Source of the DNA: a virus
Taxonomy: Duplodnaviria; Heunggongvirae; Uroviricota; Caudoviricetes
Length of the DNA: 25,074 nucleotides
Reading direction: 5' to 3' (one strand)
Virus record (IMG/VR): IMGVR_UViG_3300042894_003937
Under the pieces are notes generated by a model. The model was not told the DNA's origin, did not search any database, and was given only the letters and a program-made list of their open reading frames with translations. Positions 8,453-15,597 of the stretch are shown piece by piece. Positions within the stretch are counted from its first letter, which is position 1, and the number at the start of each line of letters is the position of its first letter. Made by a program: the position numbers and the translations under genes.

Positions 8453-8480
8453 AAAAAAGAGACTTAAAAGTCTCTTTTTT
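8453..8480. terminator. Bidirectional intrinsic terminator
   Basis: A6-GAGACT-TAAA-AGTCTC-T6 between convergent genes. Confidence 0.9.
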
Positions 8481-8742
8481 ATTTTATAAATTGTACTAGT
8501 AATGTTGGTACACAACCTAACATTGTCCAAACCCAATCCATAAAATCTGGAGTTGAACCTGGTGTATATTTATCATGTAGTTCTTTTAATGCAGCAATCA
8601 CTGCTACTACAATCAAAGAGTATAAAACTGGTTCGATATGTAGTAATGTAAATAAAACACATGATAGTGAATAAATTACCGCACCATATGCAAAATGGTT
8701 TGCTTTGTCTTCTACGATAACCGGTAATGGTAGTCTTTTCAT
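8479..8742 (-). CDS. VanZ/YfiM-like small membrane protein
   Basis: DKANHFAYG...KELHDKY...PDFMDW..TMLG with hydrophobic helices. Confidence 0.65.
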   Translation of the reverse strand: MKRLPLPVIVEDKANHFAYGAVIYSLSCVLFTLLHIEPVLYSLIVVAVIAALKELHDKYTPGSTPDFMDWVWTMLGCVPTLLVQFIK

Positions 8743-8759
8743 ATTTTTGATTTGATTTA

Positions 8760-8767
8760 CAAAGATA
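8760..8767 (-). promoter_or_regulatory. Bacteroidota -7 element TATCTTTG
   Basis: 17 nt upstream of the ATG at 8742. Confidence 0.65.
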
Positions 8768-8794
8768 CTAATTAAGATTTATAAAATCTATTTT

Positions 8795-8803
8795 TAATAT
8801 ATA
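8795..8803 (+). promoter_or_regulatory. Putative late promoter TAATATATA
   Basis: 5 nt before the ATG at 8809. Confidence 0.65.
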
Positions 8804-8808
8804 ATTTT

Positions 8809-9249
8809 ATGAAATATTTAAAACCATTTAATGAATCACTTAAAGAAGAAACTGAATTGTTACAGGAGTTCTGTGATCTTAACTTGGCTTATCTTGTTGA
8901 TGACGGTTTTAAAACTACAATAGAATCTGATAATTATTCAAAAAGTCTTTACTTTACTAAAAACTATGATGGTAGGTTGTATTATAGTGATACATTCGAG
9001 TGGGATGAAATCAAGAATACGTTTATTCCTTTTCTGACATTATTAGAAAGAAGATATGGTGAGTACTATAAATTAGGTGAAAGTAGATTTAGATTACTTA
9101 CGATAACGTATATTGAGTTTAATGATGCCGGTGAGAGAAATGGATTAAACACTGACAATATTTCATTAGATGATATAATAGATGTCAATGATGGTAATGT
9201 AGGTATTGATTCAATCGTATGTATAAAAATTACATTAAGAAAGAAATGA
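8809..9249 (+). CDS. N-tagged 'FCE..LAYL.D.GF' family paralog 1
   Basis: MKYLKPFNES; FCDLNLAYLVDDGF; FEWDEIKNTFIPFL. Confidence 0.85.
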   Translation: MKYLKPFNESLKEETELLQEFCDLNLAYLVDDGFKTTIESDNYSKSLYFTKNYDGRLYYSDTFEWDEIKNTFIPFLTLLERRYGEYYKLGESRFRLLTITYIEFNDAGERNGLNTDNISLDDIIDVNDGNVGIDSIVCIKITLRKK

Positions 9250-9668
9250 TGTATTTAAAACGTTTTAATGAAGCTTCTTTCTTACCAAAAGACATAAGTG
9301 AACTGCAATATTTTTGTGAGAATTATTTAGCTTATTTACTGGATGAAGGATTTGGTATTCGTGTTAGACATGGTTCTCGTGAAGATAGAGCTCGTATAGA
9401 GTTTTATAAAGATGATGTACACTTTCCAGTTCCTTTTAACTGGAATGATGTTAAAGATCATTATATTCCTTTTTATCAAATGCTATCTAAAGAATATGAG
9501 ATTAGTACAATGAGAAATTGTTCTGTTAAGTTTGAATATAGAAAACCTGCTAAACAATTATGGGAAACAGAAGCAAAATGGTTCACAGAAGAAGAAATAA
9601 TAAATGATGAAGTAGGTGACTTGGGTAGTTATGTTGGAGTCATTTCAATTTTCTTAGACAATAATTAA
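9246..9668 (+). CDS. Family paralog 2; start moved to 9246
   Basis: MMYLKRFNEAS; FCENYLAYLLDEGF; FNWNDVKDHYIPFY. ATGA overlap with the upstream gene. Confidence 0.85.
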   Translation: MMYLKRFNEASFLPKDISELQYFCENYLAYLLDEGFGIRVRHGSREDRARIEFYKDDVHFPVPFNWNDVKDHYIPFYQMLSKEYEISTMRNCSVKFEYRKPAKQLWETEAKWFTEEEIINDEVGDLGSYVGVISIFLDNN

Positions 9669-9677
9669 ATATAGATT

Positions 9678-9851
9678 ATGAAATACTTAAAAAGTTTTAA
9701 TGAAATGATTGAAGTACCAATCAAAGTTGGTGACACTGTTCTTTCGGGAAAATTCAAGAACAAGAAAGTCGTTGTTAAAAAGATTTCTAAAAATAAAAAA
9801 GGTGACATCACTATAAATGATAAACCATTATTAAGATTTAGAATAATATAA
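9678..9851 (+). CDS. 57-aa basic N-tagged protein
   Basis: Manual translation: MKYLKSFNEMIEVPIKVGDTVLSGKFKNKKVVVKKISKNKKGDITINDKPLLRFRII. TTAAATATA lies 4 nt upstream. Confidence 0.8.
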   Translation: MKYLKSFNEMIEVPIKVGDTVLSGKFKNKKVVVKKISKNKKGDITINDKPLLRFRII

Positions 9852-10040
9852 TTATAAACTTAGTAACTTATCTATTTGTTTCTTTCTAAACTCTGAAATT
9901 GATATAAATTGTTCACGTCTTCCGATTACACGTGGTCTTGAATCCCAACCATAAACATAAACATGAGTAGTGTACTCAGATGAGGCAGCATCGTATTTTT
10001 TACCGGTTCTTATATCAACTACTTTAAATGTTTGTCTCAT
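9852..10040 (-). CDS. Small beta protein with C-terminal tag; likely start 10040
   Basis: Ends QFISISEFRKKQIDKLLSL. Confidence 0.7.
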   Translation of the reverse strand: MRQTFKVVDIRTGKKYDAASSEYTTHVYVYGWDSRPRVIGRREQFISISEFRKKQIDKLLSL

Positions 10041-10041
10041 A

Positions 10042-10263
10042 TTACTCATCAAGTATTATATTTAATTTATCCTCTCTTGCTTGTTGTATTGATATAAATC
10101 TCTGTGGTCCATAAAGACCAGGGTTTCCAACATCATTTTTAATAGTTATCACACCATCATACTTAACCGCAAAAACTTCATATTGTTTTCCGATGGTTAG
10201 TGCTGGTTGATAATGAGTATCAGTGTTATTGATACAAACTATAAAATCTCCTTTATTGAACAT
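10042..10263 (-). CDS. SH3-like family protein with C-terminal tag; likely start 10263
   Basis: IVCINN...LTIGKQYEV...TIKNDVG...RFISIQQAREDKLNIILDE. Confidence 0.8.
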   Translation of the reverse strand: MFNKGDFIVCINNTDTHYQPALTIGKQYEVFAVKYDGVITIKNDVGNPGLYGPQRFISIQQAREDKLNIILDE

Positions 10264-10266
10264 ATA

Positions 10267-10274
10267 CAAATATA
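10267..10274 (-). promoter_or_regulatory. Bacteroidota -7 element TATATTTG
   Basis: Intergenic, only 3 nt before the ATG at 10263. Confidence 0.5.
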
Positions 10275-10278
10275 CAAA

Positions 10279-10518
10279 TTAAATTCCTAATTCATTTAAT
10301 TTTTTTTCACGTACTTCTTGTAAATCCTGGAATTGACTTGTATTTAAAGAAGCTGGATAATCATTTACTTTTCTATATTTATCATCATCACATTTCATGA
10401 TAAAAGATTTATGTGGTTTAAAATATGAATCATAAATAGTAGGACCTGCTTCTAGATCATAAATTTGACCAGCCGTTATAAAGTATCCGGGTAAAGTTTC
10501 TATAGCGACTAGTCTCAT
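10279..10518 (-). CDS. SH3-like family protein with C-terminal tag
   Basis: ITAGQIYDL...KCDDD...QFQDLQEVREKKLNELGI. Confidence 0.8.
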   Translation of the reverse strand: MRLVAIETLPGYFITAGQIYDLEAGPTIYDSYFKPHKSFIMKCDDDKYRKVNDYPASLNTSQFQDLQEVREKKLNELGI

Positions 10519-10522
10519 TTAT

Positions 10523-10687
10523 TTATTTTTTAGATGGTGTTACATGTAATTTGTACATACTTCCGTTGTAAACGATATAGCTTTGTTCAACTACATTAGT
10601 TTTTACCCATACTTGGGTTGTTCCTTCTTGACCTTCAAATGGTTTTGTTGTCAATTTTTCGTCTGTGATTTTAATAGTTCCTTTCAT
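10523..10687 (-). CDS. Hypothetical protein; start moved to 10687
   Basis: 54-aa ORF; the track start lies in the promoter. Confidence 0.6.
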   Translation of the reverse strand: MKGTIKITDEKLTTKPFEGQEGTTQVWVKTNVVEQSYIVYNGSMYKLHVTPSKK

Positions 10688-10697
10688 ATGTATTATA

Positions 10698-10705
10698 CAA
10701 AAATA
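10698..10705 (-). promoter_or_regulatory. Bacteroidota -7 element TATTTTTG
   Basis: 10 nt upstream of 10687; divergent from 10735. Confidence 0.5.
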
Positions 10706-10734
10706 CGACAATTAGTTTTACTAAAAAATATTTT

Positions 10735-10743
10735 TTATATATA
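10735..10743 (+). promoter_or_regulatory. Putative late promoter TTATATATA
   Basis: 4 nt before the ATG at 10748. Confidence 0.6.
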
Positions 10744-10747
10744 CTAA

Positions 10748-11167
10748 ATGAAGTACTTGAAAACATTTAACGAAGGTTTATCCGATTTAACTTATTTAGA
10801 GATTTTAGATTTTTGTGAAGAAAACTTAGCTTATTTAATGGATGATGGTTTTAATGTTAGTGTACAGTCTGATAGATTTATGGATGAAATAGATTGGGAA
10901 GTAAGATTGAGAAATGATGAGAATCTTAAATGGGATTATATTGAAAATCATTTAGTTCCGTTTTTTATACATTTAGATAAAGAATTTGAACTATGTAATA
11001 TATCCAGTACTCATTCAGAATTAGAATTTTTTGTACGAGAATATGGTATAAATCACGGTTATAAGTGGCTTTCTATAAAAGATTTACTAAATCATGAAGG
11101 TGATTATGATAAATTAGTCGGTAATGTAGTAGAAAGTATAACATTTTATATAAAAAGTAGAAAATAA
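10748..11167 (+). CDS. Family paralog 3
   Basis: MKYLKTFNEG; FCEENLAYLMDDGF; LKWDYIENHLVPFF. Confidence 0.85.
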   Translation: MKYLKTFNEGLSDLTYLEILDFCEENLAYLMDDGFNVSVQSDRFMDEIDWEVRLRNDENLKWDYIENHLVPFFIHLDKEFELCNISSTHSELEFFVREYGINHGYKWLSIKDLLNHEGDYDKLVGNVVESITFYIKSRK

Positions 11168-11592
11168 TGAGATATATTAAGACATTTGAAGCAGATAATT
11201 GGTGGGTTGATAAGGTTGATAAAACTGAATTAAAATCATTTGCGGAGTCATATTTAGCATATTTAATGGACGAAGGTTTTGTAATAGGTATAAATTTAGA
11301 TCGTCATGAAGATGATGCTGCGGTTGATTTACATTTAACTAATCCAGATAATACGATATATGAGAACGATATACCTTTTTTATGGGAAGATATAAAAGAT
11401 CATTTTATTCCGTTTATGACAATGTTTAGTAAGAAATATAGTTTTTCTGTTTTGAAGTTATATGCTTCTCCTGGTTCTGAGGTTAGATCATTTAGATCGG
11501 GAACTGATAGTTTATTCCGTTTATTATCCGATAGATTTGAAGTTGAAGAAGAGTTAAGAGAAATAGAAATAAGTAATATAAGAAGAGTATAA
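11167..11592 (+). CDS. Family paralog 4
   Basis: MRYIKTFEAD; FAESYLAYLMDEGF; FLWEDIKDHFIPFM. Confidence 0.85.
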   Translation: MRYIKTFEADNWWVDKVDKTELKSFAESYLAYLMDEGFVIGINLDRHEDDAAVDLHLTNPDNTIYENDIPFLWEDIKDHFIPFMTMFSKKYSFSVLKLYASPGSEVRSFRSGTDSLFRLLSDRFEVEEELREIEISNIRRV

Positions 11593-12053
11593 TGAAATAT
11601 TTAAAAAGATTTAACGAGTCTCGTCATGAAATACTTACCAATCCTAAAAGATTTACTTTTGAATTTCAGGAAGGGTTAAAAGATTTCTGTGAAACACATT
11701 TAGCTTATTTAGTTGATGATGGTTATTCAATTAAGGTTGCTACTAATACTATGTCATTAAAAAGATTTGATGAACAAAATGATAATCAAATTTATGCTAG
11801 TTTAGTTGATTGTGGTGAAGAGATTGTTGATACTATAGATGATCCACGTAACTTTAATTGGGATAATATAAAAAATAGTTTCATACCATTTATCCAACAC
11901 TTATCTAAACAATATAATATAGGTAAAATTTATGTGTATGGATATTCACAGAATGGTGAGGAAATGTTATCTTATACTTATACACTACAACAAGTATTAG
12001 ATGATGATAATATTGCACCAGTAATTTACTCTATATTTTTAAGGATTGACTAA
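11592..12053 (+). CDS. Family paralog 5
   Basis: MKYLKRFNES; FCETHLAYLVDDGY; FNWDNIKNSFIPFI. Confidence 0.85.
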   Translation: MKYLKRFNESRHEILTNPKRFTFEFQEGLKDFCETHLAYLVDDGYSIKVATNTMSLKRFDEQNDNQIYASLVDCGEEIVDTIDDPRNFNWDNIKNSFIPFIQHLSKQYNIGKIYVYGYSQNGEEMLSYTYTLQQVLDDDNIAPVIYSIFLRID

Positions 12054-12067
12054 CAATCCTTTTTTTA
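12041..12067 (+). terminator. Intrinsic terminator overlapping the paralog 5 stop
   Basis: AGGATTG-ACTAA-CAATCCT followed by a T-run. Confidence 0.75.
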
Positions 12068-12082
12068 TTTATATAATTTATG

Positions 12083-12090
12083 TATATTTG
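12083..12090 (+). promoter_or_regulatory. Bacteroidota -7 element TATATTTG
   Basis: Follows the terminator; 6 nt before the ATG at 12097; heads five tagged genes. Confidence 0.65.
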
Positions 12091-12096
12091 TAAATT

Positions 12097-12225
12097 ATGA
12101 AAGAAGAAAGTAAAACTTGGATAGAAGTAAAGCAATCACAACTTGATCTATTAAATAAAAAATTTGGTATTGCATTAAAGTTAGTTAAAAGAAAACAAGC
12201 TATTAGAAAATTATTTGGAATATGA
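12097..12225 (+). CDS. 42-aa protein, largely C-terminal tag
   Basis: Manual translation: MKEESKTWIEVKQSQLDLLNKKFGIALKLVKRKQAIRKLFGI. ATGA overlap with the next gene. Confidence 0.7.
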   Translation: MKEESKTWIEVKQSQLDLLNKKFGIALKLVKRKQAIRKLFGI

Positions 12226-12437
12226 AGTATGTAAAGTGTTTATATGTTGAAATTGGTTCAAGACTAACGGTAAATAAAATCTATGAAGTATTTAATCACC
12301 TTGTAATTGGTGATGATAGTTATGTTGAAATTATAGATAATACTGGTGATAGATCTACGTATTTAGTAAATAAAGATTGGTTTGAAGATGCGAGTGCAGA
12401 AATAAGAGATAAGAAATTAAATGATTTAGGAATATGA
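12222..12437 (+). CDS. SH3-like family protein with C-terminal tag
   Basis: VKCL...LTVNKIYEV...EIIDNTG...WFEDASAEIRDKKLNDLGI. Confidence 0.8.
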   Translation: MKYVKCLYVEIGSRLTVNKIYEVFNHLVIGDDSYVEIIDNTGDRSTYLVNKDWFEDASAEIRDKKLNDLGI

Positions 12438-12751
12438 AATTAAGTACTACAAACCAAACAATCAAAGATGATTTACAATCATTTGTAGATGGAACTTATG
12501 ATGGTATTTTAACACCAGAACAATTAAAAATGGCACTTGAATTATCATTCTTATTTAATCATATTACTACTGATATAGATACAATTATATTCGAGTATGA
12601 TACTTTTAAAGTAAAGGTTTCTGGTGTTCATGACTTACCTTTTGAGTACTCAGAGGAAACGGTTATACATACTATAATAAAAGAAGAAGGTTTTAAATCC
12701 GCATTAAAACAATTTATTAGAGATAATAGAATTACAAAATTATTACAATGA
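12434..12751 (+). CDS. Hypothetical protein with C-terminal tag
   Basis: Ends QFIRDNRITKLLQ. Confidence 0.75.
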   Translation: MKLSTTNQTIKDDLQSFVDGTYDGILTPEQLKMALELSFLFNHITTDIDTIIFEYDTFKVKVSGVHDLPFEYSEETVIHTIIKEEGFKSALKQFIRDNRITKLLQ

Positions 12752-13008
12752 TATTATCAAGAGATCAAAATTATAAAGTAGGAGACTTAGTAAATAACAC
12801 TAGTGTTCATATGAATGAGCAAGCAATTGTTTTAAAAGTTCATGAGAATGAAGGTTTCTATAGTAGATGTTTAATTGAGTATCAACATTCACTAACAGTT
12901 CAAGGAAGAAAAGTTCAAAGTTGGGTCAGTGCTAAAGATTTAAGATATGATTTACAATTTTTAAGAGATAAAAAGTTAGAAGTAATTTTACAATCTACAT
13001 CCTTATGA
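12748..13008 (+). CDS. KOW/Tudor-like small protein with C-terminal tag
   Basis: YKVGDLV...SWVSAKDL...FLRDKKLEVILQSTSL. Confidence 0.75.
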   Translation: MILSRDQNYKVGDLVNNTSVHMNEQAIVLKVHENEGFYSRCLIEYQHSLTVQGRKVQSWVSAKDLRYDLQFLRDKKLEVILQSTSL

Positions 13009-13184
13009 AACTATGTAAGATAACTGGACACTTTTGGAAACACAACTATGAACTTATAAAAAAGGATGATCCTATTTTAACAGAGGTTAGAATTTGTAGC
13101 TTTTGTAAAAGAAAAGATATTATAGTTGAACCAACTCTAGCAGATAAACGAGATATGAAGTTAAGACAATTAGGAATAAAGTAA
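13005..13184 (+). CDS. 59-aa putative Zn-binding (DUF1660-like) protein with C-terminal tag
   Basis: Manual translation: MKLCKITGHFWKHNYE...RICSFCKR...DKRDMKLRQLGIK. Confidence 0.75.
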   Translation: MKLCKITGHFWKHNYELIKKDDPILTEVRICSFCKRKDIIVEPTLADKRDMKLRQLGIK

Positions 13185-13211
13185 TTGGTTTACTATTTTA
13201 CCAACTCGTAT

Positions 13212-13562
13212 TTAATAGAAGAAGTCGTTAAAACTTGATTTTTTATTATAGTACTCTTTCTCTAATCTTTGTTGTTCTATCAACTGTTTTATTTTTTTCT
13301 CTTCAACTATAGCAGCAACTTTCTTATCACGTGCCAATACGGTCGTCGTATAACAATCTTTACTAATGTTATGACTTCTTGATACAACTGAATAAGATTC
13401 TTCACCTAAAGTGATTATTTCGTCTTTATTAGGTGTAGGTATTGGATAATCTGATTCAATTTCGGTAGTTATATCTTTAGAGACTAAATCTAATTTATAA
13501 TCTCTAATTTCATCTTTCTCAAGACCTTCATAATCAAACTCTATTTTTAATTTATACTTCAT
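13212..13562 (-). CDS. Hypothetical protein
   Basis: 116-aa ORF. Confidence 0.75.
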   Translation of the reverse strand: MKYKLKIEFDYEGLEKDEIRDYKLDLVSKDITTEIESDYPIPTPNKDEIITLGEESYSVVSRSHNISKDCYTTTVLARDKKVAAIVEEKKIKQLIEQQRLEKEYYNKKSSFNDFFY

Positions 13563-14067
13563 ATAGTAGTTGTCTTAATTTTAATTCTCTTAATAGTTTT
13601 GTATCTCCTTTTCTTTTGATGTAAGAAACTATTTGTTTATTTATTTCTTGTTCAGTTTTTTCAACCTTAAGCCAATCAGATTCTCTTTCATATCCGATAC
13701 TTGTTTTAAATATATCATCATGAAAACAATTTAGATTTACTCTAATAGATGGTAAGCCATCACCATTAAATTTATAGTCATTATGAAGATTGTTATATCT
13801 TTTACTATCATAGTAGTTTTCATCGATTTCATATCCCCATCCTTGTAGAAATGAAAATACTCTTTCAAAGAATTGTGATTTTGTTCGGTTGTATTGTTTA
13901 CTTACTTTTACTTCACCATTTAAAAATTCCATACCATAGGTACGACATTTATCAAACTTAGAGAAACGGACATTTGGATCCTCTGCGGATACTGATTTAT
14001 CAATCATATTTTTTATCCCCAGTTTATCATACATTTCTTTGATAGTAAGTATTCCTTTATCTTCCAT
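13552..14067 (-). CDS. Hypothetical protein with C-terminal tag
   Basis: Ends KLLRELKLRQLLYEV. Confidence 0.8.
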   Translation of the reverse strand: MEDKGILTIKEMYDKLGIKNMIDKSVSAEDPNVRFSKFDKCRTYGMEFLNGEVKVSKQYNRTKSQFFERVFSFLQGWGYEIDENYYDSKRYNNLHNDYKFNGDGLPSIRVNLNCFHDDIFKTSIGYERESDWLKVEKTEQEINKQIVSYIKRKGDTKLLRELKLRQLLYEV

Positions 14068-14513
14068 TATCCTAATAGTTCTTTTAATTTTTCATTACGT
14101 TCGATCATTGTTTTAAATTGTGGATCATTGAAAACCCATTCTCCAAAAACTTTTGAAGGTACACGTCTTACTCTACAATTATCATTTTCCTGATAGGTGT
14201 AGGTTGCAGTAGTTCTATCCCAAGATTTACTGAATACTTTTACGGTAACTGATTTTTTATTTTTTCTAATAACTCTAACTTTATCTTTTGGATGTAGACC
14301 ACCTTGGTATCCAGTTTTACTATCAAACTGAATTACTTCATCTTTGTTTATATGGTCAACAACTATTTCAAAAACTGCTTGTTTCTTTTCTAACTCAATA
14401 GATTTATTTTGTTCTTGAAGTTGAAAAATTTCACTTTGTAGTTTTCTAATCTGTTTAAAATTAGATTTAATTTTTGCTTGTGTTTCGTTATACCTAACAA
14501 TTATCTCGTTCAT
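14067..14513 (-). CDS. Coiled-coil plus beta-domain protein with C-terminal tag
   Basis: N-terminal heptad-like helix; ends IERNEKLKELLG. Confidence 0.8.
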   Translation of the reverse strand: MNEIIVRYNETQAKIKSNFKQIRKLQSEIFQLQEQNKSIELEKKQAVFEIVVDHINKDEVIQFDSKTGYQGGLHPKDKVRVIRKNKKSVTVKVFSKSWDRTTATYTYQENDNCRVRRVPSKVFGEWVFNDPQFKTMIERNEKLKELLG

Positions 14514-14576
14514 ATTTTAATTTTTATGGTTAAATTCATGTAACATCATGATATATACTAATATAATGTCGCGGTT

Positions 14577-14807
14577 TTAATCTTCGTCAATACATTTAGG
14601 TTGTAAATACTTATCTACGATTTTACCAATTAAGTCTGGTGCATCGATTAGTGTATTATCATTTTGAGCTATACCTTCCCAACAACTAGAAGCATAGTGG
14701 TCTGGATGTTCCATCCACTTAATAATTTCATTAAGAATTGCGTCTGCCACTTCGGGAGTGTACTGAATAACGTATTCATTACTTCCTATTTTAATTTGTT
14801 TTGTCAT
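14577..14807 (-). CDS. Hypothetical protein
   Basis: 76-aa ORF with ATGA overlap. Confidence 0.7.
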   Translation of the reverse strand: MTKQIKIGSNEYVIQYTPEVADAILNEIIKWMEHPDHYASSCWEGIAQNDNTLIDAPDLIGKIVDKYLQPKCIDED

Positions 14808-15100
14808 ATAATTTTATTTAATTGTTGTTCTCTCCAATCTTCTATGTTCATAAATAGGTTTGCAGGTAGCCACCCTTGTTTTGAGGGTCCACCATCGGCA
14901 CGAAAGTTTTTTAAGATAACTGCATCTATAAGTTCGCTACTTTCAACATCAATAAAAACTTTACCTACCATATTTTCCACTTCATATATCTTACCAACTT
15001 CTAGCCAGTCAAAAGTTACCGGTTCGTGTTCACCTGTTAAAGCCACTCCTTTAGAGTGGAATTCAACGGTGGTTGTATTAGAAATACAAATTAGGTTCAT
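14804..15100 (-). CDS. SH3-like family protein (with insertion) with C-terminal tag
   Basis: LICISN...LEVGKIYEV...LFMNIEDWREQQLNKII. Confidence 0.75.
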   Translation of the reverse strand: MNLICISNTTTVEFHSKGVALTGEHEPVTFDWLEVGKIYEVENMVGKVFIDVESSELIDAVILKNFRADGGPSKQGWLPANLFMNIEDWREQQLNKII

Positions 15101-15315
15101 TAGTAAGTATCTAAAAGTTCTACTTCACCATAAGTTTGGTAAATATAATCTTGTGCTTCTTGTACATTTTTAAATTCTGCTTCATAGGTCCAGTCGTCTT
15201 GATAAGCTTCACCACCCTCAAATTCGTCTAACCATAAAGTTACTTCACCTTTAACCTCTTGAATAGAGAATCCTAGGTCTGTATTTGTTTTTGATTTGTA
15301 AATTGTAATTTTCAT
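15100..15315 (-). CDS. Acidic hypothetical protein
   Basis: 71-aa ORF with TAATG overlap. Confidence 0.7.
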   Translation of the reverse strand: MKITIYKSKTNTDLGFSIQEVKGEVTLWLDEFEGGEAYQDDWTYEAEFKNVQEAQDYIYQTYGEVELLDTY

Positions 15316-15316
15316 A

Positions 15317-15529
15317 TTATTTAGTATTTAGATTTAATGCAAATGTTTTATCAAAGGAGTATTTTCTAATTGGAGTATAGTAGAAAGTACCTACTTCTCC
15401 TTGAATAGGGATATAGTATTTTATTTCATAGAAAAATCTACTTCTAGGATCAAAAAATATATCATTTTTTACTGATGGATTATAAATCTTACAAAAGTCA
15501 ATTAATTTTTGATTGGTAATCTTTATCAT
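15317..15529 (-). CDS. Hypothetical protein; start moved to 15529
   Basis: MIKITNQK...; the track TTG start lies in the promoter. Confidence 0.65.
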   Translation of the reverse strand: MIKITNQKLIDFCKIYNPSVKNDIFFDPRSRFFYEIKYYIPIQGEVGTFYYTPIRKYSFDKTFALNLNTK

Positions 15530-15547
15530 ATTTTTAGTTTTGAATAA

Positions 15548-15555
15548 CAAATATA
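15548..15555 (-). promoter_or_regulatory. Bacteroidota -7 element TATATTTG (TTTG 18 nt further upstream)
   Basis: 18 nt upstream of 15529. Confidence 0.7.
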
Positions 15556-15584
15556 CAAATTATTTTTTAGAAACAAATAAATTT

Positions 15585-15593
15585 TTATATATA
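15585..15593 (+). promoter_or_regulatory. Putative late promoter TTATATATA
   Basis: 4 nt before the ATG at 15598. Confidence 0.6.
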
Positions 15594-15597
15594 TGTT

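Noticed and set aside
12222-12240. MKYVK start as an N-tag, which would make a doubly tagged gene
   Set aside because: It lacks the F(N)E residues; KCL here is the first strand of the SH3-like domain.
10279-13184. C-terminal tag as a DNA recombination site, or as a Shine-Dalgarno (AGGA in LGI codons) for the next gene
   Set aside because: Synonymous codon variation points to protein-level conservation, AGGA is too close to downstream ATGs, many tags end in LL or IL without it, and Bacteroidota rarely use SD sequences.
14664-15173. Track ORF 14664..15173 (+)
   Set aside because: Antisense to three coupled minus-strand genes, one of which has family and tag motifs.
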